A stretch of 64,000 nucleotides of DNA from contig CAWJTV010000020.1 of assembly GCA_963845755.1 (NCBI GenBank), positions 32,001 through 96,000 on the forward strand, in the 5' to 3' direction. Positions 1 through 11,930 of the stretch are shown here, in pieces; the first letter of the stretch is position 1, and the number at the start of each line of letters is the position of its first letter. The translations under genes and the position numbers were made by a program. Below the pieces are notes generated by a model that made no database searches, was not told the origin of the DNA, and was given only the letters and a program-made list of their open reading frames with translations. The stretch is from an uncultured Planctomycetota bacterium. GTDB lineage: Bacteria; Planctomycetota; Planctomycetia; Isosphaerales; Isosphaeraceae.

Positions 1-22
1 GCATTTGTGAACGAGAGCCACC

Positions 23-1567
23 ATGTTGACCCGGTTGAAGGTCTCTGGATTCAAAAATCTCGTTGACGTGGATGTTCGATTCGGCCCTTTCACCTGCATC
101 GCCGGCGCGAACGGAGTGGGAAAGTCGAACCTCTTCGATGCCATTGGATTCTTGAGCGCACTGGCCGAGTTGCCGCTGATGGAGGCGGCGAAATCGATCC
201 GCGATGGTCGAACGGCTGATGTCGCCAATCTCTTTCATCGCGTCGGCGGACGCCACGACGAGACCATGTCGTTCATGGTGGAAATGATCATCCCGAAATC
301 AGGGGCTGACGACCTCGGCCAAGAGGCCCAGGCCACCATTACCTTCTTGCGCTATTCCCTCGAACTGGCTCACCGGAAAACGGAGGGAAGTGTCTCCTCC
401 GGTGGGCTCGAACTTCGCAGGGAAGAGCTCGAGCACATTAAGATCACTGACGCCAGTCAGCACTTGCTGTTTCCGTCCTCGAAGGAATGGCGTCAATCCG
501 CCCTCCAAGGGCGTCGAACCGTACCATTTATCTCGACTTCTCCCGGAGAACCTGCGATTATCCAGTTGCACCAGGATCGCGGAGGAAGTGGTGGCGGTCG
601 GCCCGCTCCGTTCCTTGCCTCGACGCTTCCCCGTACGGTCCTCTCATCGGTGAACGCTGGGGAAACCCGCACGGCCGTGCTCGCGCGTCGAGAAATGCAA
701 TCGTGGCGTCGGTTGCAGCTGGAACCTGCCGCGCTCCGCGAACCCGACACATTTGCGACCCCTGCCAGGCTCGGGAACGATGGCTCGCATCTCGCGGCCA
801 CACTTTTCCATCTCGCCCACGGAGGCACAGGGACTTGGGTTCGAGCTTCAGAACACCCTCCCGAACCAGACCCCTCGACGATTTACACTCGGGTCGCCAA
901 TCGCCTCACGGACCTCATCGACGATGTCCGCGATGTGGGCGTCGCAGTCGATCCGCAACGTGAGCTCTGGACCCTCTTCGCAAGTGGAAAAGATGGCACC
1001 AATCATTCCGCCCGGGCACTGTCGGACGGGACGCTCCGCTTCCTCGCCCTGGCGGTCCTGGAGCTCGACCCCGTCGCCCAGGGAGTTCTCTGTCTGGAAG
1101 AGCCTGAGAACGGCATCCATCCAGAACGCATCCCTGCGATGCTCAGGCTTCTTAAAGAGATCGCCACCTCTACCGACGACCCGATCGGATCGGACAACCC
1201 ACTTCGGCAGGTCATCATCAATACCCACTCGCCGGCGGTCGTCAGAGAAGTTGACGATGATTCCCTGCTTTTCGCCCGGCTCCGCGAGGTTGTAAGAGAC
1301 GGCCAACGATTCCAGAGCGTCCATTTCGCCTGTCTGTCCGATACATGGCGAGCGACTGGAAATGAACCCGCCGAGGAGATCAGCAAGGGTGACATCCTTG
1401 CCTATCTGAGCGGTCCCCGCCCTGCCAGCGATCTGGATTCCGAGGCTGACAAGTCACCCTCACCAAACGGCCACTCGAGACCGGTGAAAACGCTTCGAAA
1501 ACGCCGCCGCGTGTCCGATCGCGCCGATTTACAACGCCTTCTTCATTTTGGTGATGATCCAGAATGA
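23..1567 (+). CDS. ABC/SMC-like ATPase (AAA_21/AAA_15-type), putative defence-system ATPase
   Basis: N-terminal GFKNL, Walker A GANGVGKS, signature LSDGTLRFL, Walker B/D-loop LCLEEPENGIHP, H-loop INTHSP; no TM segments; stop overlaps next start (ATGA at 1564-1567). Confidence 0.85.
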   Translation: MLTRLKVSGFKNLVDVDVRFGPFTCIAGANGVGKSNLFDAIGFLSALAELPLMEAAKSIRDGRTADVANLFHRVGGRHDETMSFMVEMIIPKSGADDLGQEAQATITFLRYSLELAHRKTEGSVSSGGLELRREELEHIKITDASQHLLFPSSKEWRQSALQGRRTVPFISTSPGEPAIIQLHQDRGGSGGGRPAPFLASTLPRTVLSSVNAGETRTAVLARREMQSWRRLQLEPAALREPDTFATPARLGNDGSHLAATLFHLAHGGTGTWVRASEHPPEPDPSTIYTRVANRLTDLIDDVRDVGVAVDPQRELWTLFASGKDGTNHSARALSDGTLRFLALAVLELDPVAQGVLCLEEPENGIHPERIPAMLRLLKEIATSTDDPIGSDNPLRQVIINTHSPAVVREVDDDSLLFARLREVVRDGQRFQSVHFACLSDTWRATGNEPAEEISKGDILAYLSGPRPASDLDSEADKSPSPNGHSRPVKTLRKRRRVSDRADLQRLLHFGDDPE

Positions 1568-2133
1568 AGTCACTTCGGTTCACTCTGGTGACCGACGGGG
1601 CATCCGATGGCGAGATGTTGATCCCCATCCTCGAGTGGCTGCTCCGAACGCATTGCGGAAGCTTCGGTATCAACGTGGTCCACGCCGATCTCTTGCGGTG
1701 CCGTGAGGTTCCCAGAGGACTCAAGAAAAAGATCGAGTTCGCGCTCGAAGCCTATCCTTGCGATTCTCTGTTCGTCCATCGCGATGCGGAGAGAGACTCA
1801 CCCGAATTGCGCCGGCAGGAAATCCAGAAGGCCGTCGAAAGCGTTGGTGCCAAGATGTGCGTTCCTCATGTCTGCGTCGTACCGGTTCGAATGACAGAAG
1901 CCTGGCTGCTCTTTGATAAGGCCGCGATTCGACGTGCCTCGGGCAACCCCAACGGAAAGGTCCAACTGACTCTTCCGCCCCTCTCGAGCCTCGAAGACAA
2001 GCCCGACCCGAAGCAATTGCTTCACGAGCTATTGACCACCGCGAGCGAATTGTCTGGGCGTCGTCGGAAATCGTTCGATGCTAGGAGCCGAGTCCGCCTC
2101 ATTGCCCGATCGCTCGACGATTTCTCCCCCTTA

Positions 2134-3039
2134 GAGTGCTCGGAAAAAATGAATCCACTGGCACGCTGTCTGCTCTTGAGTCCTTCGGAGAGTGATCTCC
2201 CGAACCGAAGGAGGACCACCATGAAACCCCTTGTCTCCGATGCGCTGTGGAAGCGCCGGAGCCCTTGCTGCCACCCCCGCCTCCGCGCCGCTTCCGCTTC
2301 CCGGGACGCAAACCCCTGGACTACCGCAAGATCCTCACCGGCATCTTGTTCGTGCTCAAGACCGGCATCGCCTGGGACGACTTGCCCGCCGACCTCGGCT
2401 GCGGCTGCGGCAAGACCTGCCGGTCCTACCTGCAGGCGTGGCAGCAGGCCGGTGTCTGGCGCCAGTTGCACGCCGTCTTGCTGGCCGAGCTGCAACGGCG
2501 CCGACGCGATCGACTGGGAGCGGGCGCTGATCGACGCCTCCTTCGCCAAGGCCCCGGAAGGGGGCGAGGATACCGGCCCGAATCCGACGGACCGGAGCAA
2601 ATCCGGCAGCAAGCACCACGTGATGACCGACGCCCAAGGCGTGCCGCTGGCGGCGACGGTGACCGCCGCCAACGTCCCCGAGATCACCCAGGTCTTCACG
2701 ACGCTCGACGACATGCCGCCGGTGGGCGGCAAGCCGGGGCCGAAGCGGCAGAAGCCCGACCGCTTGCAGGGGGATCGGGGCTACGACTCGGAACCGGTGC
2801 GGCAGGGTTTGCGCGGCCGGGGGACCACGCCGGTGCTGGCGGCCCGCAATACGGAGCACGGCAGCGGTTTGGGCAAGTCCCGCTGGTACGTAGAGCGGAC
2901 CATCGCGTGGCTGCACTCCTTCGGCCGGCTGCGCCGCCGTTTGGATCGGCTCACCGAGATTCAAGACGCGTTCCTCAAGTTAGCATGTTCCTTGATCTGT
3001 TTGAGGCTCCTGGGCCAGTGAACTATTTTTTCCGAGCGT
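2134..3039 (+). mobile_element. IS5-family insertion sequence, about 0.9 kb
   Basis: Imperfect terminal IRs (left GAGTGCTCGGAAAAAATGAATCCACTGGC; right, reverse-complemented, ACGCTCGGAAAAAATAGTTCACTGGC); TTA at both flanks (2131-2133, 3040-3042); contains a DDE transposase; exact ends +/-1 nt. Confidence 0.9.
2221..3021 (+). CDS. IS5-family DDE transposase with two compensating frameshifts (~2256, ~2493)
   Basis: RBS AGGAGG; MKPLVSDALW; ILFVLKTGIAWDDLP (DUF4096-like N-domain, alternative frame); IDAS, GPNPTDRSKSGSKHH, GDRGYDS, RWYVERTIAWL. Confidence 0.88.
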   Translation: MKPLVSDALWKRRSPCCHPRLRAASASRDANPWTTARSSPASCSCSRPASPGTTCPPTSAAAAARPAGPTCRRGSRPVSGASCTPSCWPSCNGADAIDWERALIDASFAKAPEGGEDTGPNPTDRSKSGSKHHVMTDAQGVPLAATVTAANVPEITQVFTTLDDMPPVGGKPGPKRQKPDRLQGDRGYDSEPVRQGLRGRGTTPVLAARNTEHGSGLGKSRWYVERTIAWLHSFGRLRRRLDRLTEIQDAFLKLACSLICLRLLGQ

Positions 3040-3146
3040 TTACGACAACTTTCGGCATTTCAGGAGTTGGAGAGCGATGTTCAGCGACTCGTCAATGAGA
3101 GGCGATGGAATGAATGATCGTGTCGCAACTTGCCGCGGAGTGGTCC

Positions 3147-5126
3147 TCAAGGGTTGAATCGGTTGGGCGTTAACGGGCCGAGTGTCAGCCGCGACAGGAC
3201 CTCGCGCATCCGCTCGAGTCGGGGATGAGAGCTGGCGGAGGCAGCGATGTTGTGCTGTTCCCGCGGGTCCTCGCGCAGATGATATAGCTCCTCGAGCACC
3301 TCGCCCTCGCGGCGGATGTAGCTCCAGCCGCCCTCCGCCAGTGCGGCCAGGGGCCAGGGACGTCGGGACGGGTCCGGCGCGCGGCCATCGAGCGTCTCGT
3401 TGGGGACGAGCTCGGCCAGGGCGTCCTCCCCGGATCCGGCGTCGCCCGGCGGACGGGACGACGGGCGCCATAGCCGGGCCAGCGATGCGCCGGGGAAGGG
3501 CGAGTCGGCGCCCACGCCCGTGAGGTCGACGATCGTGGCGGCCAGGTTGCGGAGGCTGGCCGTCTCCGCGACGACCGGCTTGATCCGCGTCCCCGGCGGG
3601 GGGAGGACCACCAGCGGGACGTGCAACTCGGTCTGATACAAGCTCGACCCGTGGAGGTACACTCCGGCATGTTCCCCGAAGCTCTCGCCGTGGTCCGCGA
3701 CGAGGATGACCCAGGTCCGATCGAGGGCCTTGCGGCGCTCGAGCTCGTCGAAGAGCCGGCCGAGCTGTTCGTCGACCCACGCGACGCAATCGTCATAGGC
3801 GTCGAAGATGAACGCGAGATCCTGCGGCGCGAGCCGGCTCTTGTCCATGGTCCACCACTCCTGGATCAGTCGGAACTCGCGCTCGTCGCTGGGCTTGACG
3901 CCGAAGCGGTGGACCCGCCGCGGTGAGAGCTGGTAAGGCGTGTGGGCGTCGCAGTAATTCAGGAAGGCGAAGAACGGCCGCTCCGGTTGGGGGCGTTGCA
4001 CCAGCCAACCGAGGAACTCCCGGCTGACCACGTCGGCCTCCTTGCGGTCGGTCTCGAATCGCTCCCGGACGCGCCGGGCGCCGGCTTTCAGCCAGTCCAG
4101 CGCGAGAGTGTCGCCCAGTGCGTCCCCGATCGTCTGCAACCCCTCAAGAGACCTCCGGACCAACACCGACGTCCGGAAGGGCGAGAGCTCGTAGAAGATG
4201 TAGTCGCGATAGACGGTATAGCCGCGGCCCAACCCCGAGTCGGAGGCGCAATACGTCATGTTGGCGATGAAGCCCGCCGTGGCGTACCCTCGCGCACGCA
4301 GGAACTCGGCCACCGTCGGCGAGGCCGCGTCGAGCGGGGTCCGCCAGCCGACCGACAGCTCGTGAGGCCATCGCCCGGTGAACATGCTCGCGTGAGAGGG
4401 GAGTGTCCACGAGGACGCCGAAAGTGCGGCGTCGAACCGGCTGCCGCGCCGGGCCAGCTCCTCGATCGCCGGGCTGGTCGGGCGCCCGTAGCCATAGAGG
4501 GCGAGGTGATCGGCGGCGACGGTGTCCATCACGATCAGGAGGATGTTGGGGGCGCCCTGTGGGATCGGTCGCCCTCGCTCGCGCCTTTGCTGGAGCCGAT
4601 CGGTCGCCCAGGGGAACGCCGCTAGGGCCGCCAGCGTCACGGCAAGGATCGGAGCGCTGGAAAGGACGACGCGGCGGAATGTGGCACCGTACCGCTCCAG
4701 GATGGGGACCAGGCGGGCCGATACCCCCAGGGCCACGAACAGCCAGGCCAGACCGTAGACCCGCGGGAAGGCCACGAGGAGCATCGGCAGCAAGGTGAGG
4801 GCGCAGAGCATCCCCGCGACCGCCCAGCGACCACCTGCGGGCCGGAGGATCACGACCAGACATCCGGCCAGGCCGACGAGCAGGAGCAGCAGCAGGTCGG
4901 CCAGGGGGACCAGCCAGATGAAATGACGGGTCATGCCCAGCAGTTGGTTCGTGTCGAAGAACCGCTTGTGCACGACGACCGTCACGACCTCGAGCAGGCC
5001 CGCGACCGTCCCGCACCACGCCGCCAGGCCCAGGAGCGCGAGGGGACCGCGCCGGCCCGGGCGGTCATCCGCAGGCCCGGACTGGCCCGCGATCGCACCC
5101 CGGGATAATAATGAAGTCAGGATCAT
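3147..5126 (-). CDS. Membrane-anchored sulfatase-like (alkaline phosphatase superfamily) protein
   Basis: About 5 N-terminal TM helices; PNILLIVMDT, SWTLPSHASMFTG, DAHTPY, ADHGE; start uncertain (ORF is open to 5258). Confidence 0.85.
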   Translation of the reverse strand: MILTSLLSRGAIAGQSGPADDRPGRRGPLALLGLAAWCGTVAGLLEVVTVVVHKRFFDTNQLLGMTRHFIWLVPLADLLLLLLVGLAGCLVVILRPAGGRWAVAGMLCALTLLPMLLVAFPRVYGLAWLFVALGVSARLVPILERYGATFRRVVLSSAPILAVTLAALAAFPWATDRLQQRRERGRPIPQGAPNILLIVMDTVAADHLALYGYGRPTSPAIEELARRGSRFDAALSASSWTLPSHASMFTGRWPHELSVGWRTPLDAASPTVAEFLRARGYATAGFIANMTYCASDSGLGRGYTVYRDYIFYELSPFRTSVLVRRSLEGLQTIGDALGDTLALDWLKAGARRVRERFETDRKEADVVSREFLGWLVQRPQPERPFFAFLNYCDAHTPYQLSPRRVHRFGVKPSDEREFRLIQEWWTMDKSRLAPQDLAFIFDAYDDCVAWVDEQLGRLFDELERRKALDRTWVILVADHGESFGEHAGVYLHGSSLYQTELHVPLVVLPPPGTRIKPVVAETASLRNLAATIVDLTGVGADSPFPGASLARLWRPSSRPPGDAGSGEDALAELVPNETLDGRAPDPSRRPWPLAALAEGGWSYIRREGEVLEELYHLREDPREQHNIAASASSHPRLERMREVLSRLTLGPLTPNRFNP

Positions 5127-5272
5127 CGGGAACGGGCTTCGCGAATCGGGGAGGCTCGTGAGGTCGCGGATCGCAGGGAGAGTTTCTCGGATCGATCCGA
5201 CGGCAGAGGTTTCATCATAGTGCCCGGCCGACGGCTCGATCAAGCGAAGGACCGGCATGGAAGGAACGGCGG

Positions 5273-6610
5273 ATGTGGCGGCGCAACGACCGATGGGCGG
5301 CAGTCGTCTTGCCGGCCATCGTCATCGGGGGGCTCTCCTGGTGCGGCTGGCGCTGGTGGGACGTGCGGCGATACCGGGACGCCATGGCGCGGATCGACGA
5401 CGCCATGCAGACCGGCCGGTACGGCACGGCCGCCCGCGACTTATCGGCCCTCCTGGCCCGGAGACCGCGATTCTGACCGAACTGCCTATCTGTTAGGCGT
5501 CTGCGAGAAGGCCCGCGGGCGGGCGCAGGAAGCGGACACGGCCTGGGCCCGGATTCCACCGGACTCTGCCTTGATCGGACAGGCGGTCACGGGCCGAATG
5601 GATCTGCTCATCGAACGCGGGTTGCTGGCCGACGCCGAGCGTGTCATCGAGAGTGCGGCCGATGCCCGCGGGCCCGACGGATCGGCCCTCCGGATGTTGC
5701 TGATCCCGACCTTGATGCAGGAAGGCCGGACGGCCCAGGCTGAGCGGCTGATCGAGTCGCGGTGGTGGAACCTGGATGCGAAGGGCGAAGGGGCGCACGA
5801 GCAGGCTATCAACCTGGCACGGCTGCATATGGAGCTCCGCTGGACAGTCCCGCCAGCGGACGCGGTCCGTGCGTACCTCGACCAGCTCGGCCGGCTCGCT
5901 CCCGACGACGACCGGATCTGGCTGGCACGAGCGAACCTGGCGATTCGCGTCGGCTCTCACGATGAGGCGGCGCGATTGGATCGACGCCTGCCTCCAGCGC
6001 CGCCCCGATGATCCATCCGTCTGGCGGGCGCGGCTGGACTGGGCGATGAGAACGAACCGGCTCGCCGACGCGCGGACCGCCCTGAAGCACCTTCCGGCCG
6101 AGCCGGCGACTCCCGCGGAGATCCACCGCCTGTCGGCCTGGTTGGCGGCGGCGTGCGGAGACCTCGAAAGCGAGCGCCGCGAGCTGGCCTCCCTCGTCGC
6201 CGAGGCCCCCGAGGACTTCGAGGCCCTGGGGCGCCTCGAGACGTTGGAGCTGCGGGAGGCGGCGAAGCGGTTGTCGCGGAGCTGCGGCGACGGAGGGCGG
6301 AGATCGAACGCGCCCAGGCGCGATATCGCGAGCTCTATCGGCGCAATCAGCCGGCCCGCGATGCCGAGGAGATGGCCCGATTGGCCGAACGGTTGGGCCG
6401 ATCCCTTCGAGGCGATGGTCTTCCTGACCGCCGCGATGGCCGACGAGCCGGACCGCGCCGACCTGCGAGAGGCCCTCCATCGCCTCCAGAAGGCCGCCCA
6501 CAAGCCGGACGACACGGGCCGAAGCTTGTTCGACAGGCTCCGGCTGACTGCGGCGAAAAGAGCCGCCGAGGGAGTGGGCCCGGGGCATCTGCCGGATCGT
6601 CGGCTTCCCG
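5273..6610 (+). CDS. TPR-repeat protein with N-terminal TM anchor (several frameshifts; end uncertain)
   Basis: Hydrophobic N-terminus followed by TPR-like helices (AYLLGVCEKARG, PDDDRIWLARANLA, PDDPSVWRARLDWA) spread over ORFs 5273, 5220, 5776 and 6153. Confidence 0.65.
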
Positions 6611-6614
6611 CATC

Positions 6615-6868
6615 ACCGAGCTTCGGTCCCCGCGCGGGTCTCCCTGTGACCGCGCCCTTCTTTGCGGCCTGGTCGGCCTCGCGCTTCGCGGCTTTTGGCC
6701 AGGCTTGTACTCCGCTTGCCTCGTACTCCTTTGCCTGGGGATGGGCCACTCGGGCTGAGCTCGAACGTCAGCCGGCTTCTCCGTGGCGCTGCTACTCCCG
6801 CCGCTGTCGCAGCCGCTAGCCGGAATCGAGAGCATCAGCGCGGCGAAGAGGAGAGCGAATCGCTTCAT
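6615..6868 (-). CDS. Small lipoprotein downstream of the DUF1559 gene (end uncertain)
   Basis: MKRFALLFAALMLSIPASGC lipobox, RBS AAGGAG; position typical of DUF1559-linked small lipoproteins. Confidence 0.55.
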
Positions 6869-6970
6869 CAGAACTCCTTGGTCGAGTATGCGGGCAGGAA
6901 AACGACAAGCCCTGAATGATGGGCGGCCTGGCCTCGCCGGGGCGAGGCCGAGGCCGACCGTGGAGGGAAC

Positions 6971-8155
6971 TCAATACTGATCCGAACTGATGACCTCACC
7001 GAGGTTGCGGCTGCCGAGGGCCCACCAGGTATTCGGCGCGACGGAGTTCTTGATGAAATGAACCGAGCCATCGGCGAAAGCCACATTCACGCCGCCCGGG
7101 TGCAGGCTGCTGGGCGGGGCGCTGCCGATCGCGGTGACGTAGTAGCCCGCCCAGGGCGAGTTGTGGTCGGTGGTGTCGGAGGTATTCGTGCAGTTGATCT
7201 GGTTGGGCGTGCCGAAGTGATTGTACGACTGCCAGACCAGGTAGTCCGGGAAGGCCCCGGCCCACAGCTCGCCGTTGCCGCAGAACCGAATGCCCGTGGT
7301 CCCCGGCGCGTTGGCACACGACTGGTGCATTTGCAAGGCACCCACCGGTCCCGAGCCCTGGGCCGCCCCGATCGGGCTGTGGATCGCAGCAGCGGGTGGC
7401 ATCTTGCTGCCGGCGGCCGCGATGGTGCCCGGATACGGGTAGGGTATCCCCATCAATCGCTCGCTGACCAGTCCCGTGTTTGACGTGCCATCGGTGATCG
7501 AGGCGATCCGGACCGGGCCCCACGACGCTCCCGGGTACAGGTTGAGAGCCGTGGTGTGCTTGGGTTGGTCAGGTTGGGCGCCGTGCCGATCATCCAGTTA
7601 TTGGCAGGGATGATCGTCCCGCTCATCAGCGAGATCACGCCAGGGCCACCGTAGTTGCCCATGTAGTTGGTCCGGCCGGCATAGGGGTCCCGTGACGGAG
7701 ACGTCTGATACGTCGGCGTTATTCATCGATTTCCGATGGGCAGAGGAGGACGTTGAGACTCGATGCGGTCGCCGTCGAGTTGGCGTACGATCCAATCGCG
7801 GTGCCACCGACAATGTCGAGGCTGAAGTTGATGGCATTGAAGTGCGGCTGCGGCCTCGGTGAACTGGAGCACGCCGCAGATCCAGCTCGGGAGGATGTCG
7901 GACCTGGGCGGTCGGGCTCGCGTTTTGTGACTGCAACGGGAAGCACGAGTTGGTGCTCTCGTAGTTCATGCAGGCGAGAGCCAGTTGCTTGAGGTTGTTC
8001 GTGCACTGGATGCGCCGGGCCGCTTCGCGAGCGGCCTGGACGGCGGGCAAGAACAAGGCGATCAAGACGGCAATGATGGCAATGACCACGAGAAGCTCGA
8101 TCAGCGTGAACCCGCCCCGAACTACTCCGCGACGAAACCGATGACAACCGATCAT
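6971..8155 (-). CDS. DUF1559 prepilin-like protein (frameshifted)
   Basis: [14 protein letters not shown]...[17 protein letters not shown]-terminus; TDGTSNT; C-terminal [14 protein letters not shown] (H-X9-DG) and [18 protein letters not shown]. Confidence 0.92.
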
Positions 8156-8627
8156 AGATAGCGACTCCCTTTCTCAGCAGGATCGACAGAACATGACAAT
8201 AAGAACGGAACTGTCCGAATTGAGAGTAGCCCCATCGGCGACCAATCGACTCTCAATTAGTTATGAGCGACAGCCTCATTCGGGTCGTCCACAATTTTTG
8301 TTGAGACAAATCCGTTTTGCGGCTGAGCGAAGCCCATGGATCGAATTGGGTTGGGAGGGATGCCCATCGATCGAGGGAGAATTCGGAGCATGGTCCTTCA
8401 AAGATGGAGGACGAAAGAATTCGTTCTCCGGCAGCCTTAGTTACCTTGTTGGAGAAGGTCGGTCTATGCGACCAAGGAGTGCTTCCCCACAATTCAAGAG
8501 GAGTCTACCATGTGGAACATCCTGCTTGCAAGCCTCGAAAACGTAATTCTTCGGGGAGAGGTGTCGATGCGCTCGGCGAACGACCCTGGCGATAGGGACG
8601 ACGAGCGGAGCCGACCGAGGTCGGATT

Positions 8628-9554
8628 TCATTGCAAGGCCGCCGCGGCTCCGACGATGTCGGCGAGCTCGCGGGTGATCTGGCTCTGGCGGGCGCGGTTG
8701 TATTGCCTCGTGAGCGACTTGACGAGGTCGTCGGCGTTCTTGGTGGCGCCGCCCATGGCCACCATCCGCGCGATCTGCTCGCTTACGGCGGCATCCAGGA
8801 AGCACTTGAACAAGCGGACCTTGAACGAGACCGGCACGATCTCCTCGAGGATGCTCCGCGGGTCGGGCAGGAACTCGTAGGGGACGGCCTCACTCCGTCG
8901 TGCGGGGGCCGCCGATTCCCCGGCCGCCGGTCTGGACTGGCGCACCGACGCGGTCGACTTGCCGATGTCGGCCGTGGCGATCGGCAGGAGGGTCTGCACC
9001 TGCGCCAGTTGCTTCGAGGACGAGATGAACTGCGTGTAGGCGACGTCCAGCCGGTCGATCGACCCCTGGACGTACAACTTGATGTACTTCTCGGCAAGGG
9101 CCTCGACTTCCTCGTATTGAGGACGGTCCTCGAACTGGGTGTACGTGGTGTCGGTCGGGACCCGCCGGAACCGGAAGAAATTGATCCCACGCTTGCCGGC
9201 GACTTCCAGCGTGGTCTCGGTCCCCTCGGTCTGGTTGTCGAGCAATCGGCTGTTGGCCGCCCTCAGCACGTTGCCATTATAGGCGCCGGCCAGTCCGCGA
9301 TTGCTCGTCAGGACCAGGAGCAACGACTTGCGGATCGGATCCCGGCGCACGAGCAAGGGGTGCGTGACTTCCCGCGACGTCTCGCCCAAGTCGGCGACCA
9401 GTTCGGCGATTTTCCGGGTGAACGCCTCGGCCTCGGTCGCGCGGTTTAAAGCCTTGCGGAACCGATTCGTGGCGATCAGCTCCATGGTCCGCGTGATCTT
9501 GCGGATGTTCTCGATCGACTTGCGCCGTTTGATGATCGCTCGGGCTTTGGCCAT
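8628..9554 (-). CDS. atpG: F1 ATP synthase gamma subunit
   Basis: KITRTMELIA, SNRGLAGAYN, SEQIARMVAM, YNRARQSQITREL. Confidence 0.97.
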   Translation of the reverse strand: MAKARAIIKRRKSIENIRKITRTMELIATNRFRKALNRATEAEAFTRKIAELVADLGETSREVTHPLLVRRDPIRKSLLLVLTSNRGLAGAYNGNVLRAANSRLLDNQTEGTETTLEVAGKRGINFFRFRRVPTDTTYTQFEDRPQYEEVEALAEKYIKLYVQGSIDRLDVAYTQFISSSKQLAQVQTLLPIATADIGKSTASVRQSRPAAGESAAPARRSEAVPYEFLPDPRSILEEIVPVSFKVRLFKCFLDAAVSEQIARMVAMGGATKNADDLVKSLTRQYNRARQSQITRELADIVGAAAALQ

Positions 9555-9581
9555 TGGGTTTGCTCGCTATTTGCTCGCTAT

Positions 9582-9671
9582 TGGCAAGTGACAAGTGGCA
9601 AGTGGCAACGTTAGCTGTTCTTACGCACTCGCGACAAACGCTTGCGACTTGCTCTTGTCACTTGCCGCTTG

Positions 9672-9681
<10 letters not shown>
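9582..9681. repeat. Inverted heptamer-array hairpin (TGGCAAG)n / (CTTGCCA)n
   Basis: 4 units at 9582-9609 and about 6 complementary units at 9641-9681, between atpA and atpG. Confidence 0.85.
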
Positions 9682-11336
<1,655 letters not shown>

Positions 11337-11930
11337 GCGTCTTTCCTTCGATCAGTCGATTGCGAAGCTGTGCGAGTCGGCTCTTGACCGACGCGTCGTA
11401 AAGGTGGTCACCAACCTGGACGACCAGGCCCCCGATCAGGCCGGGGTCGGTCAACAGGCTCAGGATCGGGGTGCCGTCGATCAGACTCGCGAGCCGGTCG
11501 CGGAGGGACTGCAACTGTCCGTCGTCGAGAGGGACGGCCGAGCGGACGCGGACCGGGATCCGGCGGTTGCGGCGGTCCCAGATGGACTGGGCCTCGCGGC
11601 GGATCGTCCCCAGCAGACCGAACCGGTCGTGACGATTGAGCACGCGCAGGAAACGCAGGACGAGGCTACTCGCGCGGCCGTCGAAGAGCTCGAACAGGAT
11701 GCGATCTTTCTCGGCCCTCGGCACCCGCGCCGAGGCCAGCACCTCGGCGAACCGCGGGAATGGCTTGAGGACTTCGTCCTCGATCTCGCCCAGCTCTTCG
11801 AGTATCGGGTCGACCGATCCCTCCTTCTGGGCCGCGTCGACCAGCGCCTCGGCATAGCGCCGGGCGACGGCGATGTTCTCATCGTGAAGGCCGAGTTCCT
11901 CGGGCGGAGGACCGGCGGCGTTCTCGGCGC

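Larger units (their letters stand above)
1564..3117 (+). pseudogene. DUF4276-like (TOPRIM-like) protein interrupted by an IS5-family element; 214 aa if the IS is removed
   Basis: Motifs LVTDGASD, LFVHRDAE, VVPVRMTEAWLL; joining codon 2131-2133 (tta) to 3043 restores ...DDFSPL|RQLSAFQELESDVQRLVNERRWNE* with stop at 3115-3117. Confidence 0.8.

Noticed and set aside
2240..2500. Programmed frameshifting in the IS5 transposase
   Set aside because: No slippery A-run at either break; two compensating indels fit the window-wide error pattern
8160..8420. c-di-GMP riboswitch upstream of DUF1559
   Set aside because: Only a GCAAAAC fragment on the minus strand; the GNRA/receptor two-stem consensus is missing
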